Shown here in pieces: positions 20,629-31,553 of a stretch of 64,000 nucleotides of DNA. The notes under the pieces were generated by a model. The model was given only the letters and a program-made list of their open reading frames with translations. It had not been told where the DNA came from and ran no database searches. Source of the stretch: a virus; the IMG/VR virus record IMGVR_UViG_3300020048_000063, positions 34,804 through 98,803 of that record; one strand, given 5' to 3'. A program made the translations under genes and the position numbers. Numbering within the stretch: the stretch's first letter is position 1; each line of letters begins with the position of its first letter.

Positions 20629-22395
20629 ATGGCACATTATTCTGAAATGGATTTTCTTTTTAGTCCTAGTAATAGGGACAGCGTTAATCAACAATTAGAA
20701 AATATTGATAACACAAGAAATATTTTTGCACCTTGGGATACGAATAAGTATGTCATATATAAAAGCAAAACCGGAGATGGAACACAAAATATTAAAAATT
20801 TTTTAAGAGAAAAAGTTTATGATAATGAAAATAATGGAACTTTAAATAATCCTTACATTAATATTCTAAAATATTTTAATAAAACAAGTGGAACTCCTGG
20901 TGCAGCACTAAGAATAAAAGCTGCTGATTTAGCATATTTACGAGATTTAGGAGTTTATCCTATAAATAGAATGATTGTTCTTAGAAGATTTCCTGAAGGC
21001 GGATTTGTTAGAGAAGATTTAAATGAAATGAATGTGGAACCTATTTCAACAGTAATAGGTTGGATAAAGCCAGATCAAAATTTTGGTACAATTGGTTTTA
21101 ATGAAAACTGGTCAATAACAAATGAAAGATTTGATGTTGCATTAACTGAAATATTAAAGAAAGTTACTGGAGGAAAAGCTGATGCACAAGTAATTCCAAT
21201 TCCAGACTTTGCACAAGGTTTACTATTTGAATTTTATAATAGAGTTGGATTAACAGAAAGAAGTGGTGTAGATGAAGATAGTTTTGAATATTATGATCCA
21301 ACAATTGCAGATAACTTGAATCCAACCATAACAGGTGAAGATGGTAAACAAAGAAAAAAATATGGTGAATGGGGATTAAAAAATATACCAGTTGGAGATC
21401 CAAACGTTCTACAAGAAGCACCATTTAGAAATCCTGAAGGACAAAATATTCAATCTACTTTTGCTTTCACTTTTGATACAACATATGAACAAAAGTTATT
21501 AGGTGATGTAGATCCAGGTTCAGCAATGTTAGACATATTGGATAATTTATATGCTATGGGAACTTCTAATATGAGATTTTATTGGGGTGATGATTCTGAA
21601 ATAATACAAAAAGCTAAAAAAGCAGCAATGGACAAAGCAAATAATCTAAACTCTTGGTGGGATTTTATAAAAGAATTAATGGTTAGTTTTTGGGAAGAAA
21701 TAAAAAATCTATTTATAAATGCTGCGAATGTTATCACGGCAAATTTTAACGCGGCACTTTCAGCAACAACAGCAGCAGCATCAAACACAGGAAGCACATT
21801 TATAGCAAATTTAGCAGGTAGTGATGTAGGAAAATCAATGAAAGATTTTGCTGAAAAAACATTGGAAAGTATATTAACAAGTACTATTGCTATACACAGA
21901 TTTAGACTAAGGGGATCAATTGAATTAATGGTAGGTGGTAGAGACAGTTCATCTCCTTGGCATATTACAATAGGAAATCCTTATTCACCATGGTTAGCAA
22001 CAAATCATATAATAGTTGAAAGTGTGTCTGTTGAAACAAGTACAGAAATGGGGTTTAATGATCAACCACAATGGTTAAAAGCAACCTTTAATTGTAAATT
22101 TTCCAGAGCATTAGGTAAACAAGAATTAATGAGAATGTGTAATAATTCATACAGAAGAACTTATTCAGTACCACCAACCGGAACAGCAGCATCTCAAGCA
22201 CATAAAGAGGATAAAGCGAATAATTCTTCATCTAATCAACCTGGAGTTTCAGACAAAAATCCACCAGTTGATCCAAATGCGAATAGACCAGGTGCCGAAA
22301 ACTATTATGGAATGCCACCAACAAAAAATCAAATTCCAAACACAAAAATTGTTAGTATTGGACCAAATGCCCGTTCAGTAAATATTGGACCTTAA
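20629..22395 (+). CDS. Putative baseplate/tail structural protein
   Basis: First gene after late motif TTTATATATA (20599-20608) in the baseplate cluster; SPWHITIGNP motif. Confidence 0.55.
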   Translation: MAHYSEMDFLFSPSNRDSVNQQLENIDNTRNIFAPWDTNKYVIYKSKTGDGTQNIKNFLREKVYDNENNGTLNNPYINILKYFNKTSGTPGAALRIKAADLAYLRDLGVYPINRMIVLRRFPEGGFVREDLNEMNVEPISTVIGWIKPDQNFGTIGFNENWSITNERFDVALTEILKKVTGGKADAQVIPIPDFAQGLLFEFYNRVGLTERSGVDEDSFEYYDPTIADNLNPTITGEDGKQRKKYGEWGLKNIPVGDPNVLQEAPFRNPEGQNIQSTFAFTFDTTYEQKLLGDVDPGSAMLDILDNLYAMGTSNMRFYWGDDSEIIQKAKKAAMDKANNLNSWWDFIKELMVSFWEEIKNLFINAANVITANFNAALSATTAAASNTGSTFIANLAGSDVGKSMKDFAEKTLESILTSTIAIHRFRLRGSIELMVGGRDSSSPWHITIGNPYSPWLATNHIIVESVSVETSTEMGFNDQPQWLKATFNCKFSRALGKQELMRMCNNSYRRTYSVPPTGTAASQAHKEDKANNSSSNQPGVSDKNPPVDPNANRPGAENYYGMPPTKNQIPNTKIVSIGPNARSVNIGP

Positions 22396-22409
22396 AAATA
22401 AAATAAAAT

Positions 22410-22892
22410 ATGAAGATATTATCTTTTGATAGCAACAATAACAATAAAATAAAAAGAGATTCAAATCAGGACAATCTTTTTGATTTATTTCAAAAAAATA
22501 TAAAAAAAGTAGATTTAAATCTTAAATTGTATATTATTCCTAAAGAATTTGAGATGAGGTTAGATAAAATTTCAAATCATATTTATGGAACTCCAGATTA
22601 TGTTGAAGAACTTATGGTATTAAATGATATTATTAATCCTTATTCAGTTAAAGAAGGACAATTAATTTATTTCAGTTCCATTAATGCTTTACCAAATCTT
22701 TACACAAAGGATGAAATGATGAGTGGAAACGAATCTATGAAACAAAAATTAGTTAATTCATCACAACCTAACAGGAATAAACAAAAATTGACAAATAACC
22801 AAAATTTACCACCTACTATTAAACCTTCAAATTTAGAACAAATTAAGGTTAGTAAAGATAATAAAGTTAGTATAATAAATTCATTTCAATAA
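22410..22892 (+). CDS. Baseplate wedge gp53-like (LysM-like) protein
   Basis: RLDKISNHIYGTPDYVEELMVLNDIINP. Confidence 0.7.
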   Translation: MKILSFDSNNNNKIKRDSNQDNLFDLFQKNIKKVDLNLKLYIIPKEFEMRLDKISNHIYGTPDYVEELMVLNDIINPYSVKEGQLIYFSSINALPNLYTKDEMMSGNESMKQKLVNSSQPNRNKQKLTNNQNLPPTIKPSNLEQIKVSKDNKVSIINSFQ

Positions 22893-22895
22893 AAT

Positions 22896-24521
22896 ATGAT
22901 AGAAGTAAAAGAAAAATCCAGAATTAAAACAATTGAATTTTCATTTAATATCGCAGATGATGAAAAGAGAGATAAATTTGTACAATCTTTTGATTATGTA
23001 CCTTTTTTATATTTAAGTAAATTAAATGATACAAATGTACCACCAATTAATGGTACCACGATTGATGCAAAAGAAGTGAACTATGTAAAACTTCATAATA
23101 GTAAATTTCTACCAGAAATTGAATTATCATGTTATGATTCAAAAGGTATTTTCTTTACCGATTTATATCCATTTGATCACGATACAATTTTAAGTATTTT
23201 CGTAAAATCTAACTCAGAAATAACAATGCCAATAAGAATGGATTTTAGAGTTACCGAATTTGAAACAATAAAATCACAAGACAATAATAGTACATTAAGA
23301 TATTTAATAAAAGGTGTACTTGACTTAGATGAATTACATTATACTAGATATGAAGCAAGAAAAGGAACAAGTTATAATGTATTAAAAGAAATAGCAAATC
23401 AACTTAATTTAGGATTTGCATCTAATGTAGATAATAGTGATGATGAAATGAAATGGATAAATCCTAGTGATACGTATATAGCATATATATCAAGTATAAC
23501 TAAAAATTCATTCATTAATGAAAAGTCTTTTGTCTGGACATTTATAGATTTTTATTATAATTTAAATTATATAAATATAGATTTGGAATTAAATTCTTTC
23601 AATAAAACTGAAGAACAAACACTTACAAATCCTCAAACAATAAAACAAGATGAGGAAAAGACTGTTAATTTGTATTTAACAAATAAAACCTCTTTTAGTA
23701 TGACAAATAAGTATATTAGTAAGTTTAATCTTGTTAATCAATCTTTTAAAGTTAATTTAGCAAAATCATATAAAATGAAAGGAACTTGGTACAATAAAAC
23801 TGAAAATAAATCTTACAGACAAATGTTAGTTGATATTGAAACTGAAGGACAAAGTATTAAACCTTTATATGATTACAATTCACAAATTTTTAATGAAAAT
23901 GTAAATGATGAATACTTCGCTGGTAAAATAGATACTGATAATACTCATAAAAATTATGCTTTAGCAAAAATAACGAATGAGTTTAATTTAGCAAACTTAG
24001 AAAAAATGAAAATGATTGTAACTTTAAATCAAATAAATTTTGATATAAAGAGATTTCAAAATATTAAAGTTGAAATCTATAATATAAACGATATGTTATC
24101 TAGAAATGCCTTGGATAAAAGTCCAGTTGATAATATAAATGATAGATTGTCTGGATTCTGGTTTGTTACTGGTATAAATTATTTATATAAAAGAAGTGGA
24201 GGTGTTGAACAAGAAGTAATACTTATGAGAAGAGACCTTAGTGTAAATTATGGTGGAGGTGAAGATGAAAAAAGTGATTTTCGTAAATTTTCTACACAAA
24301 CTTCTCAAACTACTGATCAAAGCGTTGAAGAACCTACTACTAACAATCCTCAATATCAGGATCAAAATACAAATAAATCAGAAGAAATAAAAAAAATAAA
24401 CGAACAAATTTCAAAAGTAATTTCTACTTGGAACCGAAATGGTGAACAAAATAGAAAATTATATGATGCAGAATTAAAAAGGTTAAATGCAGAAAAAGCC
24501 AGATTAATGGAAAATCCTTAA
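22896..24521 (+). CDS. Putative baseplate hub protein (gp27-like)
   Basis: Position in the cluster; LSGFWFVTGINY motif typical of hub proteins. Confidence 0.55.
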   Translation: MIEVKEKSRIKTIEFSFNIADDEKRDKFVQSFDYVPFLYLSKLNDTNVPPINGTTIDAKEVNYVKLHNSKFLPEIELSCYDSKGIFFTDLYPFDHDTILSIFVKSNSEITMPIRMDFRVTEFETIKSQDNNSTLRYLIKGVLDLDELHYTRYEARKGTSYNVLKEIANQLNLGFASNVDNSDDEMKWINPSDTYIAYISSITKNSFINEKSFVWTFIDFYYNLNYINIDLELNSFNKTEEQTLTNPQTIKQDEEKTVNLYLTNKTSFSMTNKYISKFNLVNQSFKVNLAKSYKMKGTWYNKTENKSYRQMLVDIETEGQSIKPLYDYNSQIFNENVNDEYFAGKIDTDNTHKNYALAKITNEFNLANLEKMKMIVTLNQINFDIKRFQNIKVEIYNINDMLSRNALDKSPVDNINDRLSGFWFVTGINYLYKRSGGVEQEVILMRRDLSVNYGGGEDEKSDFRKFSTQTSQTTDQSVEEPTTNNPQYQDQNTNKSEEIKKINEQISKVISTWNRNGEQNRKLYDAELKRLNAEKARLMENP

Positions 24522-24536
24522 AAAATAAAAATAAAA

Positions 24537-26069
24537 ATGCCAGCAAGTTACAGAAATATTATAGACGGTCAACAATTAACAGATGCATTATCATCAGGAG
24601 ATTATTCAAAAGTACTAAAAAAAGGAAAAACTTCTGCTAGATATATAAAAGGTTATGCTCAAGATTCAGCAATTGAAGCCTTAGCAGCATCATTAAATAT
24701 AAATAAAGGACTATTTAAACAATTTTTTGGTCTTGAAGATAAAAAGTTAGATGCCTATGATCCTTATCACACACAAGATGCTAAAGCAGAAGAATTCTGG
24801 TTTAGTGATGGTGGTGGAAAAATTGATGGTAGAACTGTACAAACAAAATATGATGAAGATACAAATACTTTCAAACGTTCATTATATTCAGACTATGGTT
24901 ATAGAGATAGAGATTTTTGGTATGAAGATCCATTTTATCCTTCTTTTGAATTATTTTTTAATATGGATTCACCATTTTTTGCTGGCAATGAAAATTTTTC
25001 AGAAAAAATATCAACCAACTCATTAAAATATTTCATACAGAAATATACAGAGATTGATCCTGATGGATATCAAAGTAGATTTGAACTTTGGAATGAATTT
25101 AAAAATGTATTTTTTAAAATATTTGAAAATGATCTAAAAGGCGGTGATAGTAATAGAAATTTGAAAAATAAAACATATTACATATCAAAAATTGCAGGTA
25201 TTAATAATCTTAAAAAGAAAATGATAACCTATGGTGAAGATAAAATTACAATCACAATAAATGAAGACGTCTCAATGATAGCTTGGTATTTATCTGAATT
25301 ATATAATAATATAGCATATAGTTATAGAAATCAAAGATATGCTTTTCCTGACAATGTGTTAAGATTTGATATGATAATTAAAATAAATGATATAAGAAAC
25401 TTTACTATACCACAAAGTTCAAATCAACCTGCACCAAATGTACCAGTTGATCCTAATTACACAACAAATAAAGATATAAAAAATGTAATATCACCTAAAT
25501 CACAGATTGTATATACATTACATGATTGTAATTTTAATTTTTTTGAAAGTAGAAATCATGGTGATGAACTAGAAATTGGAGGATTTGGTAATCCCACATA
25601 TGCACCTCAAAGTTTATCTTTTGATATTTTTTATAAATCTGTCACCAGATGGAGTGAATTTCCATTATTTGATAGTTTTCCAATAAATCCTTGGGAAAAA
25701 TTCCTTTATAATACAGAAAGCACAAGCCAACAAACTTACTATAATGATTTAGATAGAGTTAAAACATCGCCACCTGTAAGTAAAGGTTATTTAAATCAAC
25801 AAATAACAAAAAGTGCTCAAAATGTAGCAAATCTTGGTTTAAATTATTTAGATAATCTTGAAGCTAAATTAAGAGAAGTTAGAGGCGGAGTTGTTAATGA
25901 TTTATTAACACAATTTAGAAGTTTAACTAATATAAATAAAATTGAACCTGATAATGTATATAATGTGAATTTTAACAATAGAGCAAATTTAACAAATTTC
26001 GGTAAAGAAATAGCGTCAAGTCTATTAAATGATTTGGAAAATAACATAAGAAACGCAACAAATTTTTAA
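24537..26069 (+). CDS. Putative baseplate/tail-tube-associated protein
   Basis: Lies between hub and spike genes; called from context only. Confidence 0.45.
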   Translation: MPASYRNIIDGQQLTDALSSGDYSKVLKKGKTSARYIKGYAQDSAIEALAASLNINKGLFKQFFGLEDKKLDAYDPYHTQDAKAEEFWFSDGGGKIDGRTVQTKYDEDTNTFKRSLYSDYGYRDRDFWYEDPFYPSFELFFNMDSPFFAGNENFSEKISTNSLKYFIQKYTEIDPDGYQSRFELWNEFKNVFFKIFENDLKGGDSNRNLKNKTYYISKIAGINNLKKKMITYGEDKITITINEDVSMIAWYLSELYNNIAYSYRNQRYAFPDNVLRFDMIIKINDIRNFTIPQSSNQPAPNVPVDPNYTTNKDIKNVISPKSQIVYTLHDCNFNFFESRNHGDELEIGGFGNPTYAPQSLSFDIFYKSVTRWSEFPLFDSFPINPWEKFLYNTESTSQQTYYNDLDRVKTSPPVSKGYLNQQITKSAQNVANLGLNYLDNLEAKLREVRGGVVNDLLTQFRSLTNINKIEPDNVYNVNFNNRANLTNFGKEIASSLLNDLENNIRNATNF

Positions 26070-26083
26070 AAAAATAATTTAAT

Positions 26084-28147
26084 ATGTTAGAAACAGGTGT
26101 CCAAATGGACAAAGTCTTTGTAGGAGTAGTTGAGGATAATAAAGATCCTAACAGAAAAGGTAGAATTAAGGTAAGAGTACAAACACTTTTTCATGAAATT
26201 CCAGTAGAAGATATACCTTATGCTTCACCTTTTAATAGTTTAGCAGGTAAGGAATTTCAAATTCCCGCTGTAGGTAAATTAGTTAATGTATTATTTCTTA
26301 CTGATGATATATATGATCCTTATTATATATTTTCAGAAGATTATAATGTGAATTTACAAACTAAACTTAAAGATTTATCAGAAGAAGAATATACCAGATT
26401 TGTGGCTGTTTTATTTGATGATAGAACACAAATTTCAGCAGATTCAAACGAATTAACGTTAGATCATTATTTCAATAAAATGACAATAACAAAATGGGGT
26501 ATAAACTTAGAGTTAAAAGATAACAAACAATTATTAAATTTAGGTGGTAAAGGTGCAGATCAAGAAGCAGTTTTAGGTACAAGATTTTTTGAATGGATGG
26601 ATAAATTTGTAGATGAGTTGGCAAAACCATCAGCATTAATAGGTAATTCAGGAGCCGCAATTTTAAGACCAAAACTTAATCAATTATGTAGTGAATATAA
26701 GAAACTAAGACCTGATTTTGTCTCAAAATACGTAAAAGTTGTAGATAATGACCAAATTGATAATTTAGAAAGAGATACAGTACCACAACAAAATGATGTG
26801 GATTTGATTCTTCCCGCTGATTGTATATCACAAGAATTAACAGATAGTATAAATCAACAAACAAAAGATGCTTGTAATGGTATTTCCGAAAGTTTACCGA
26901 AAGGTGGTATTGGATCAATTCCAGATTCTGCTGATATACCTGATCCAAGTAGTAATACTGCGGTATTTAAAGTTAAGAGATATAAATTTTTAGAAGATAG
27001 AACTTTAGGTAGATTATATATTAATGATGAATATTTTTGTGATACATTAGAAGATAGATATAGAGATTTAGCAAAAGAGAAAAAAGTAATGGGACAAACA
27101 GCTATTCCTTTTGGAATATACAAGTTAACTGTAGGTCCGACAGGTTTATCCAAACAAACAGCACCTACTGGTAGAGCACCACTAGTAAATAATGTACCAT
27201 ATTTTGCCGGAATTAGAATTCATAAATGGGGCAAACCAAAAGATACACAAGGTTGTCTTCTTGTTGGAAATTTAAATACATCAACACAAACTTTAGTTAA
27301 TTATGATAAAGTTGCTGCTACATTAACAGAACTTTGTGAAAAATATCAGAAGAAAAATATAAAAATGACAATTGTTTATACTAAAGATGAAAATATTGAT
27401 ACAACATTAGATAATAGTAGAAACACATTAAATGGTTCTGAATATGTACAAAAAAATGATGGTGATACATCAAATCAAAGCCAATCATCTTGTACAAAAA
27501 CAAAACCTGATCCATCTTGGTCAAGTAACTTAGAAACGCAAGACTATGCTATAAATGGTGAACAACTTAATTTTGACGGTAATTTCCTTATAACTTTAGA
27601 TCAACTAAAGTATATATTACCACAAGCAAGTAAATCTAACATAGAGAGATTTTTAACACCTATAAATCTCACATTGAAAAAATTTGATATAACAACACCT
27701 TTACAAATTTGTGCGTTTATTTCACAAATTGCGGCAGAAAGTGGTGCGTTAAAATATACTAAAGAACTTGGTAGTAATTCATATTTTCAAAAATATGAGC
27801 CTGACACAAGAATAGGTAAAAATTTAGGAAATACAGAGAAAGGTGATGGACCAAAATATAAAGGAAGAGGCATATTACAAGTAACAGGAAGGGCAAACTA
27901 TAAACAAGTCTCAACATCATTTGGTGTAGATTTTGTAAATCAACCCGAACTACTTGAAGAAACAGTTTGGGCAAGTTTATCTGCTGGATTATGGTGGAAG
28001 AAAAGGGAGAAAAAATTAAACACACCTATACTAAAAAAGGATATATATACTATTAGTAAAATAGTAAATGGAAAACATCCAGCTAATGGAATTAATGAAA
28101 GAATAGCTTACTATAATAGAGCACTTAAAGCTTTTAATTTAAGTTAA
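26084..28147 (+). CDS. gp5-like baseplate spike: OB-fold plus DUF5675 plus GH19 lysozyme
   Basis: OB-fold GVVEDNKDPNRKGRIKVRV; DUF5675 TLGRLYI..CDTLED..IRIH..DTQGCLLVG; GH19 FISQIAAESG..YKGRGILQVTGRANY. Confidence 0.85.
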   Translation: MLETGVQMDKVFVGVVEDNKDPNRKGRIKVRVQTLFHEIPVEDIPYASPFNSLAGKEFQIPAVGKLVNVLFLTDDIYDPYYIFSEDYNVNLQTKLKDLSEEEYTRFVAVLFDDRTQISADSNELTLDHYFNKMTITKWGINLELKDNKQLLNLGGKGADQEAVLGTRFFEWMDKFVDELAKPSALIGNSGAAILRPKLNQLCSEYKKLRPDFVSKYVKVVDNDQIDNLERDTVPQQNDVDLILPADCISQELTDSINQQTKDACNGISESLPKGGIGSIPDSADIPDPSSNTAVFKVKRYKFLEDRTLGRLYINDEYFCDTLEDRYRDLAKEKKVMGQTAIPFGIYKLTVGPTGLSKQTAPTGRAPLVNNVPYFAGIRIHKWGKPKDTQGCLLVGNLNTSTQTLVNYDKVAATLTELCEKYQKKNIKMTIVYTKDENIDTTLDNSRNTLNGSEYVQKNDGDTSNQSQSSCTKTKPDPSWSSNLETQDYAINGEQLNFDGNFLITLDQLKYILPQASKSNIERFLTPINLTLKKFDITTPLQICAFISQIAAESGALKYTKELGSNSYFQKYEPDTRIGKNLGNTEKGDGPKYKGRGILQVTGRANYKQVSTSFGVDFVNQPELLEETVWASLSAGLWWKKREKKLNTPILKKDIYTISKIVNGKHPANGINERIAYYNRALKAFNLS

Positions 28148-28356
28148 GATTTAACTTTTTTTCTTTTCTTTACTTCTTTTTCAGTAGTTTCTACTTCCTT
28201 AACTTCTTTTACTTCTTTAATATTGTTAAATGATTTATACTCTTTTTTACTACAGAAAGACCATCCCATATTTATCATTTCATCAATTGCTTTGATATCC
28301 TTCAAAGAACTATCTGGCATTTTCTTAAAAACTTCTTTTTTCTTAATTATTTTCAT
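28144..28356 (-). CDS. Small basic hypothetical protein
   Basis: 70 aa, downstream of a bidirectional promoter. Confidence 0.6.
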   Translation of the reverse strand: MKIIKKKEVFKKMPDSSLKDIKAIDEMINMGWSFCSKKEYKSFNNIKEVKEVKEVETTEKEVKKRKKVKS

Positions 28357-28379
28357 ATCTTTTTAGTTAATTTGTATTT

Positions 28380-28410
28380 TATATAAACATAAAAATATTT
28401 TGTTTATATA
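28380..28410. promoter_or_regulatory. Bidirectional TAAAC-N18-TATA promoter
   Basis: Inverted repeat TATATAAACA...TGTTTATATA yields the motif on both strands between divergent genes. Confidence 0.65.
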
Positions 28411-28429
28411 AAAAAGAAAAATAATTTAT

Positions 28430-29389
28430 ATGGATATATTTAAGAATAAAAATATTTTAATTATAGGTGACGTAATGCTAGATTCCTATTTATTCGGAAA
28501 TGTTGAAAGAATCTCACCTGAAGCACCAGTACCTATCGTAGACGTTATAATCAAACAAGATAAATTAGGCGGGGCGGCAAATGTTGCAGCAAACATAAAA
28601 AATTTAGGTGGTACACCTATATTGTGCTCTGTAATTGGCAAAGATCAAAAAGGTGAAATATTTTTATCATTATTGAAAAAATTAAAAATATCAACTGAGT
28701 ATATTTATCAATCAAAAAATAGAATAACAACAGATAAAACTAGAATCATAGGTAATAATCATCAGATGTTACGAATTGATGAAGAAATAAAGTCAGAATT
28801 AGGTAAAGATCAAACTCAATTTTTATCTATAATAGATTATGCTTTTCAAAGTGAAGAAATAGATTGTATATTATTTCAAGATTATGATAAAGGTATATTA
28901 AATGAAACTATTATCAATTATATAATTTCTAAAGCAGAATTATTAAAAATTCCAACGGTAGTAGATCCAAAAAACAAAAACTTCAATTTCTATAAAAATG
29001 TAACACTTTTTAAGCCCAATTTTAAAGAACTAAAAGAAGGTATAAATTTGAATTTAAATAGAAAAGAATTATTAGAAAATGGTGCTAAAATTTTACACTC
29101 AAAAGGAATAAAAATTGTATTCATAACTCTATCAGAAAGTGGTATTTTTATTTCATACAAAAAAGATGAAAAAACAATTAGTAAAATTATTCCTGGCGTT
29201 TCAAGAGAAATTGTAGATGTTTCAGGTGCTGGTGATACTGTTGCCGCTGTAGCATCTATGTTATTAAATTCTATAGATATAGAAGAAATTGCAAAAATAT
29301 CAAATTTAGCGGGTAGTATTGTGTGTGAAGAAGTTGGCGTTGTGCCTATTGATAAAGAAAAATTATTAAAAGAATATCTTATAAAATAG
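28430..29389 (+). CDS. D-glycero-D-manno-heptose-7-phosphate kinase (RfaE/HldE domain I, HldA-like)
   Basis: IGDVMLDSY, RISPEAPVP, LGGAANVA, DYDKG, PfkB motif DVSGAGDTV; no adenylyltransferase domain. Confidence 0.9.
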   Translation: MDIFKNKNILIIGDVMLDSYLFGNVERISPEAPVPIVDVIIKQDKLGGAANVAANIKNLGGTPILCSVIGKDQKGEIFLSLLKKLKISTEYIYQSKNRITTDKTRIIGNNHQMLRIDEEIKSELGKDQTQFLSIIDYAFQSEEIDCILFQDYDKGILNETIINYIISKAELLKIPTVVDPKNKNFNFYKNVTLFKPNFKELKEGINLNLNRKELLENGAKILHSKGIKIVFITLSESGIFISYKKDEKTISKIIPGVSREIVDVSGAGDTVAAVASMLLNSIDIEEIAKISNLAGSIVCEEVGVVPIDKEKLLKEYLIK

Positions 29390-30437
29390 TACCACTAGTT
29401 CCTCTTATCACTAAGTCTGGTAATATTTTATGAATATCTTTCGCTAATTTTTTTCTTGCAATCCAGAGTTTTGTTTTTACATAATCAGCAGAGTAATTGG
29501 TTCCTTGTTTGTTATTAAGTTCTTCTGCGATTTCTTCTGAACTTAATCCATCCATAGAAAGATTTAGAATATCTTTTTGATGTTCAGGTAGTTCATTAAA
29601 GCATTTCAATATAACTTCAACATTCTGTTCCTCTTGATCATCAAGGTCAATTGGATTTTCATAAATATTTGATAGGTCGCTATCAAAAAAGTCAGGAGTT
29701 AAATCTTCTTTACTATGTCTTTGTTTTTTAAATTTTGCAAGTGTAATATTTTTTGCAATTCTTATCAACCAAGTGCTCATTTTTGCTTTTGGTACATAAA
29801 TATCTTTTTGTCGCAATGCTACCTCTAAAGTGTCCTGAATAATATCCTTATAATTATTTGGCGATAGTCTTCTACAAAAATTGATAAATAATGGATCTTT
29901 TGCTGTTTTTTCTATTTCTTCTATTGTATTATTAACTCTTTTTTCTTTGGTAGTATTAGGAATACCTAATAATTTATTTAGCTTCCAAACTTGTCTTCTT
30001 CTTTTATTTTTCTTTTCGTATCCTTCTCTTTTTTTATCACGTCTTTCTTCAGGAGTAAACTTTTTAAATCTATTTAATTGAATATTAGTATCATATTTAC
30101 GATATTCTTTATAAATATTTCTAACATAATCTAAAGTTGGTTCAAGTTCTGGATGTTTTAATGAATGTACTCTTTTATTAATATTCATCTCATGCTTATT
30201 TATAAATACAGCAAAATTATAATTTAAACCAATTTCTTTTGCTAATTTAACAAGTTTTAGTTGTCTGAATGAAATTTCATCAGAATCTTCAAATTTTAAT
30301 CTTAATTCTTTAATATATTCTAAACCAAGTCTTATCATTTCCTCTTCACCTTTAAGGTTTCCACCTTTTCCAACTGGAGCGATGTCTGATATAGATTCTT
30401 GATTTTCTATTATAAACTCATAAAATTTTACTATCAT
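29379..30437 (-). CDS. Sigma-70 (ECF-like) factor with long N-terminal extension
   Basis: KDIIQDT, MSTWLIRIAKN, LPEHQKDILNLSMDGLSSEEIAEEL..VKTKLWIARKKL. Confidence 0.82.
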   Translation of the reverse strand: MIVKFYEFIIENQESISDIAPVGKGGNLKGEEEMIRLGLEYIKELRLKFEDSDEISFRQLKLVKLAKEIGLNYNFAVFINKHEMNINKRVHSLKHPELEPTLDYVRNIYKEYRKYDTNIQLNRFKKFTPEERRDKKREGYEKKNKRRRQVWKLNKLLGIPNTTKEKRVNNTIEEIEKTAKDPLFINFCRRLSPNNYKDIIQDTLEVALRQKDIYVPKAKMSTWLIRIAKNITLAKFKKQRHSKEDLTPDFFDSDLSNIYENPIDLDDQEEQNVEVILKCFNELPEHQKDILNLSMDGLSSEEIAEELNNKQGTNYSADYVKTKLWIARKKLAKDIHKILPDLVIRGTSGTIL

Positions 30438-30492
30438 ATTTGTTATATATTAAATTTTTAAACAATTTTTTATTATGTATATATAATAAAAC

Positions 30493-30777
30493 ATGACTAA
30501 AAAACCAAAAAAATTAGATGATGAATATAATGGTGAAGTAAATCCCATTGAAGATATTATAGACAAATTAAACTACTGTAGAGTAGATTATTATAAACTT
30601 TATAAAAAGGATTTTAAAGTTGCTTCAATTAGACTAAGACAAAATTTAGAATATGTTATTCAAACTGCCAAGCAAGTGAAACGAGATGCTCTAGCATATA
30701 GAAAACAAATAGAAGAAAGAGAAAGAATTGCTAAAGAAGAATATAGATTAGAAAATGAAGATAACTCAAATATCTAG
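30493..30777 (+). CDS. Possible divergent histone H1-like (Hc1-type) protein
   Basis: KLYKKDFKVASIRLRQNL resembles the KGNKAAGTRARK helix. Confidence 0.4.
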   Translation: MTKKPKKLDDEYNGEVNPIEDIIDKLNYCRVDYYKLYKKDFKVASIRLRQNLEYVIQTAKQVKRDALAYRKQIEERERIAKEEYRLENEDNSNI

Positions 30778-31479
30778 AATATATGCTTCATTCTTATTGA
30801 ATAAGCAATCACAAAAAGTTATTGATGTATCAGAATCACCGACAGTAAAAATCTGTTCAAATTTATTATGACCAACTATTTGATGAAAATTTGGTAATAA
30901 TAAATCTTTTTCCAGTTCAATCTTATCTGCCCAAAGGGGACCAGCATATCTATCTCCTCCATTTCTATAAAAAGATATATCACCTAAAATTCTTCTCCAA
31001 AGAGGATCCTTACTGACTTTATTTAAGATTATTGCTAAATTGCTTTTATCCTCTTTTAAACCAAATTGAACAAATAGTTCTATATGTTCTTGTAACCAAC
31101 CTTTAGTAACACCAGCATGAGTAAAAAGATAATTGTCTTTTTGTACTGCTATTTGAAAAAGATTTTGATTAAGTTGATAAATATCAAGAAGTTCTTGTAA
31201 ATAAATTCTTGATAAATTTCCAGTCTTAGTAAAATTAGGATAATACAAATATTGAGCATCATGATTACCAAGTAGTAAACTTATTTTTTCCGGATTTTTC
31301 TTTTTTAATTCAAGTATTTCTTTTAAATTTTCTATACTCTCATCTTCACTTATACGTTCTACTCTATATGGATCCGTGTAATCACCTAAAAATATAAAAT
31401 TTGAATTGTCAAAATCTTCTTTTATTATTTTTTTCCATTCCGTTCTACCATGCGTATCACCAATACTTACTATTTTCAT
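30766..31479 (-). CDS. Calcineurin-like metallophosphoesterase
   Basis: GDTHG, GDYTD, GNHD, THAG, QIVGH. Confidence 0.9.
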   Translation of the reverse strand: MKIVSIGDTHGRTEWKKIIKEDFDNSNFIFLGDYTDPYRVERISEDESIENLKEILELKKKNPEKISLLLGNHDAQYLYYPNFTKTGNLSRIYLQELLDIYQLNQNLFQIAVQKDNYLFTHAGVTKGWLQEHIELFVQFGLKEDKSNLAIILNKVSKDPLWRRILGDISFYRNGGDRYAGPLWADKIELEKDLLLPNFHQIVGHNKFEQIFTVGDSDTSITFCDCLFNKNEAYILDI

Positions 31480-31553
31480 ATTATTTCTTTTAAACTATTA
31501 ACGCAAATGTATATATAAATATTGGTATAAAAAAATAATATTTTAATTTAATT

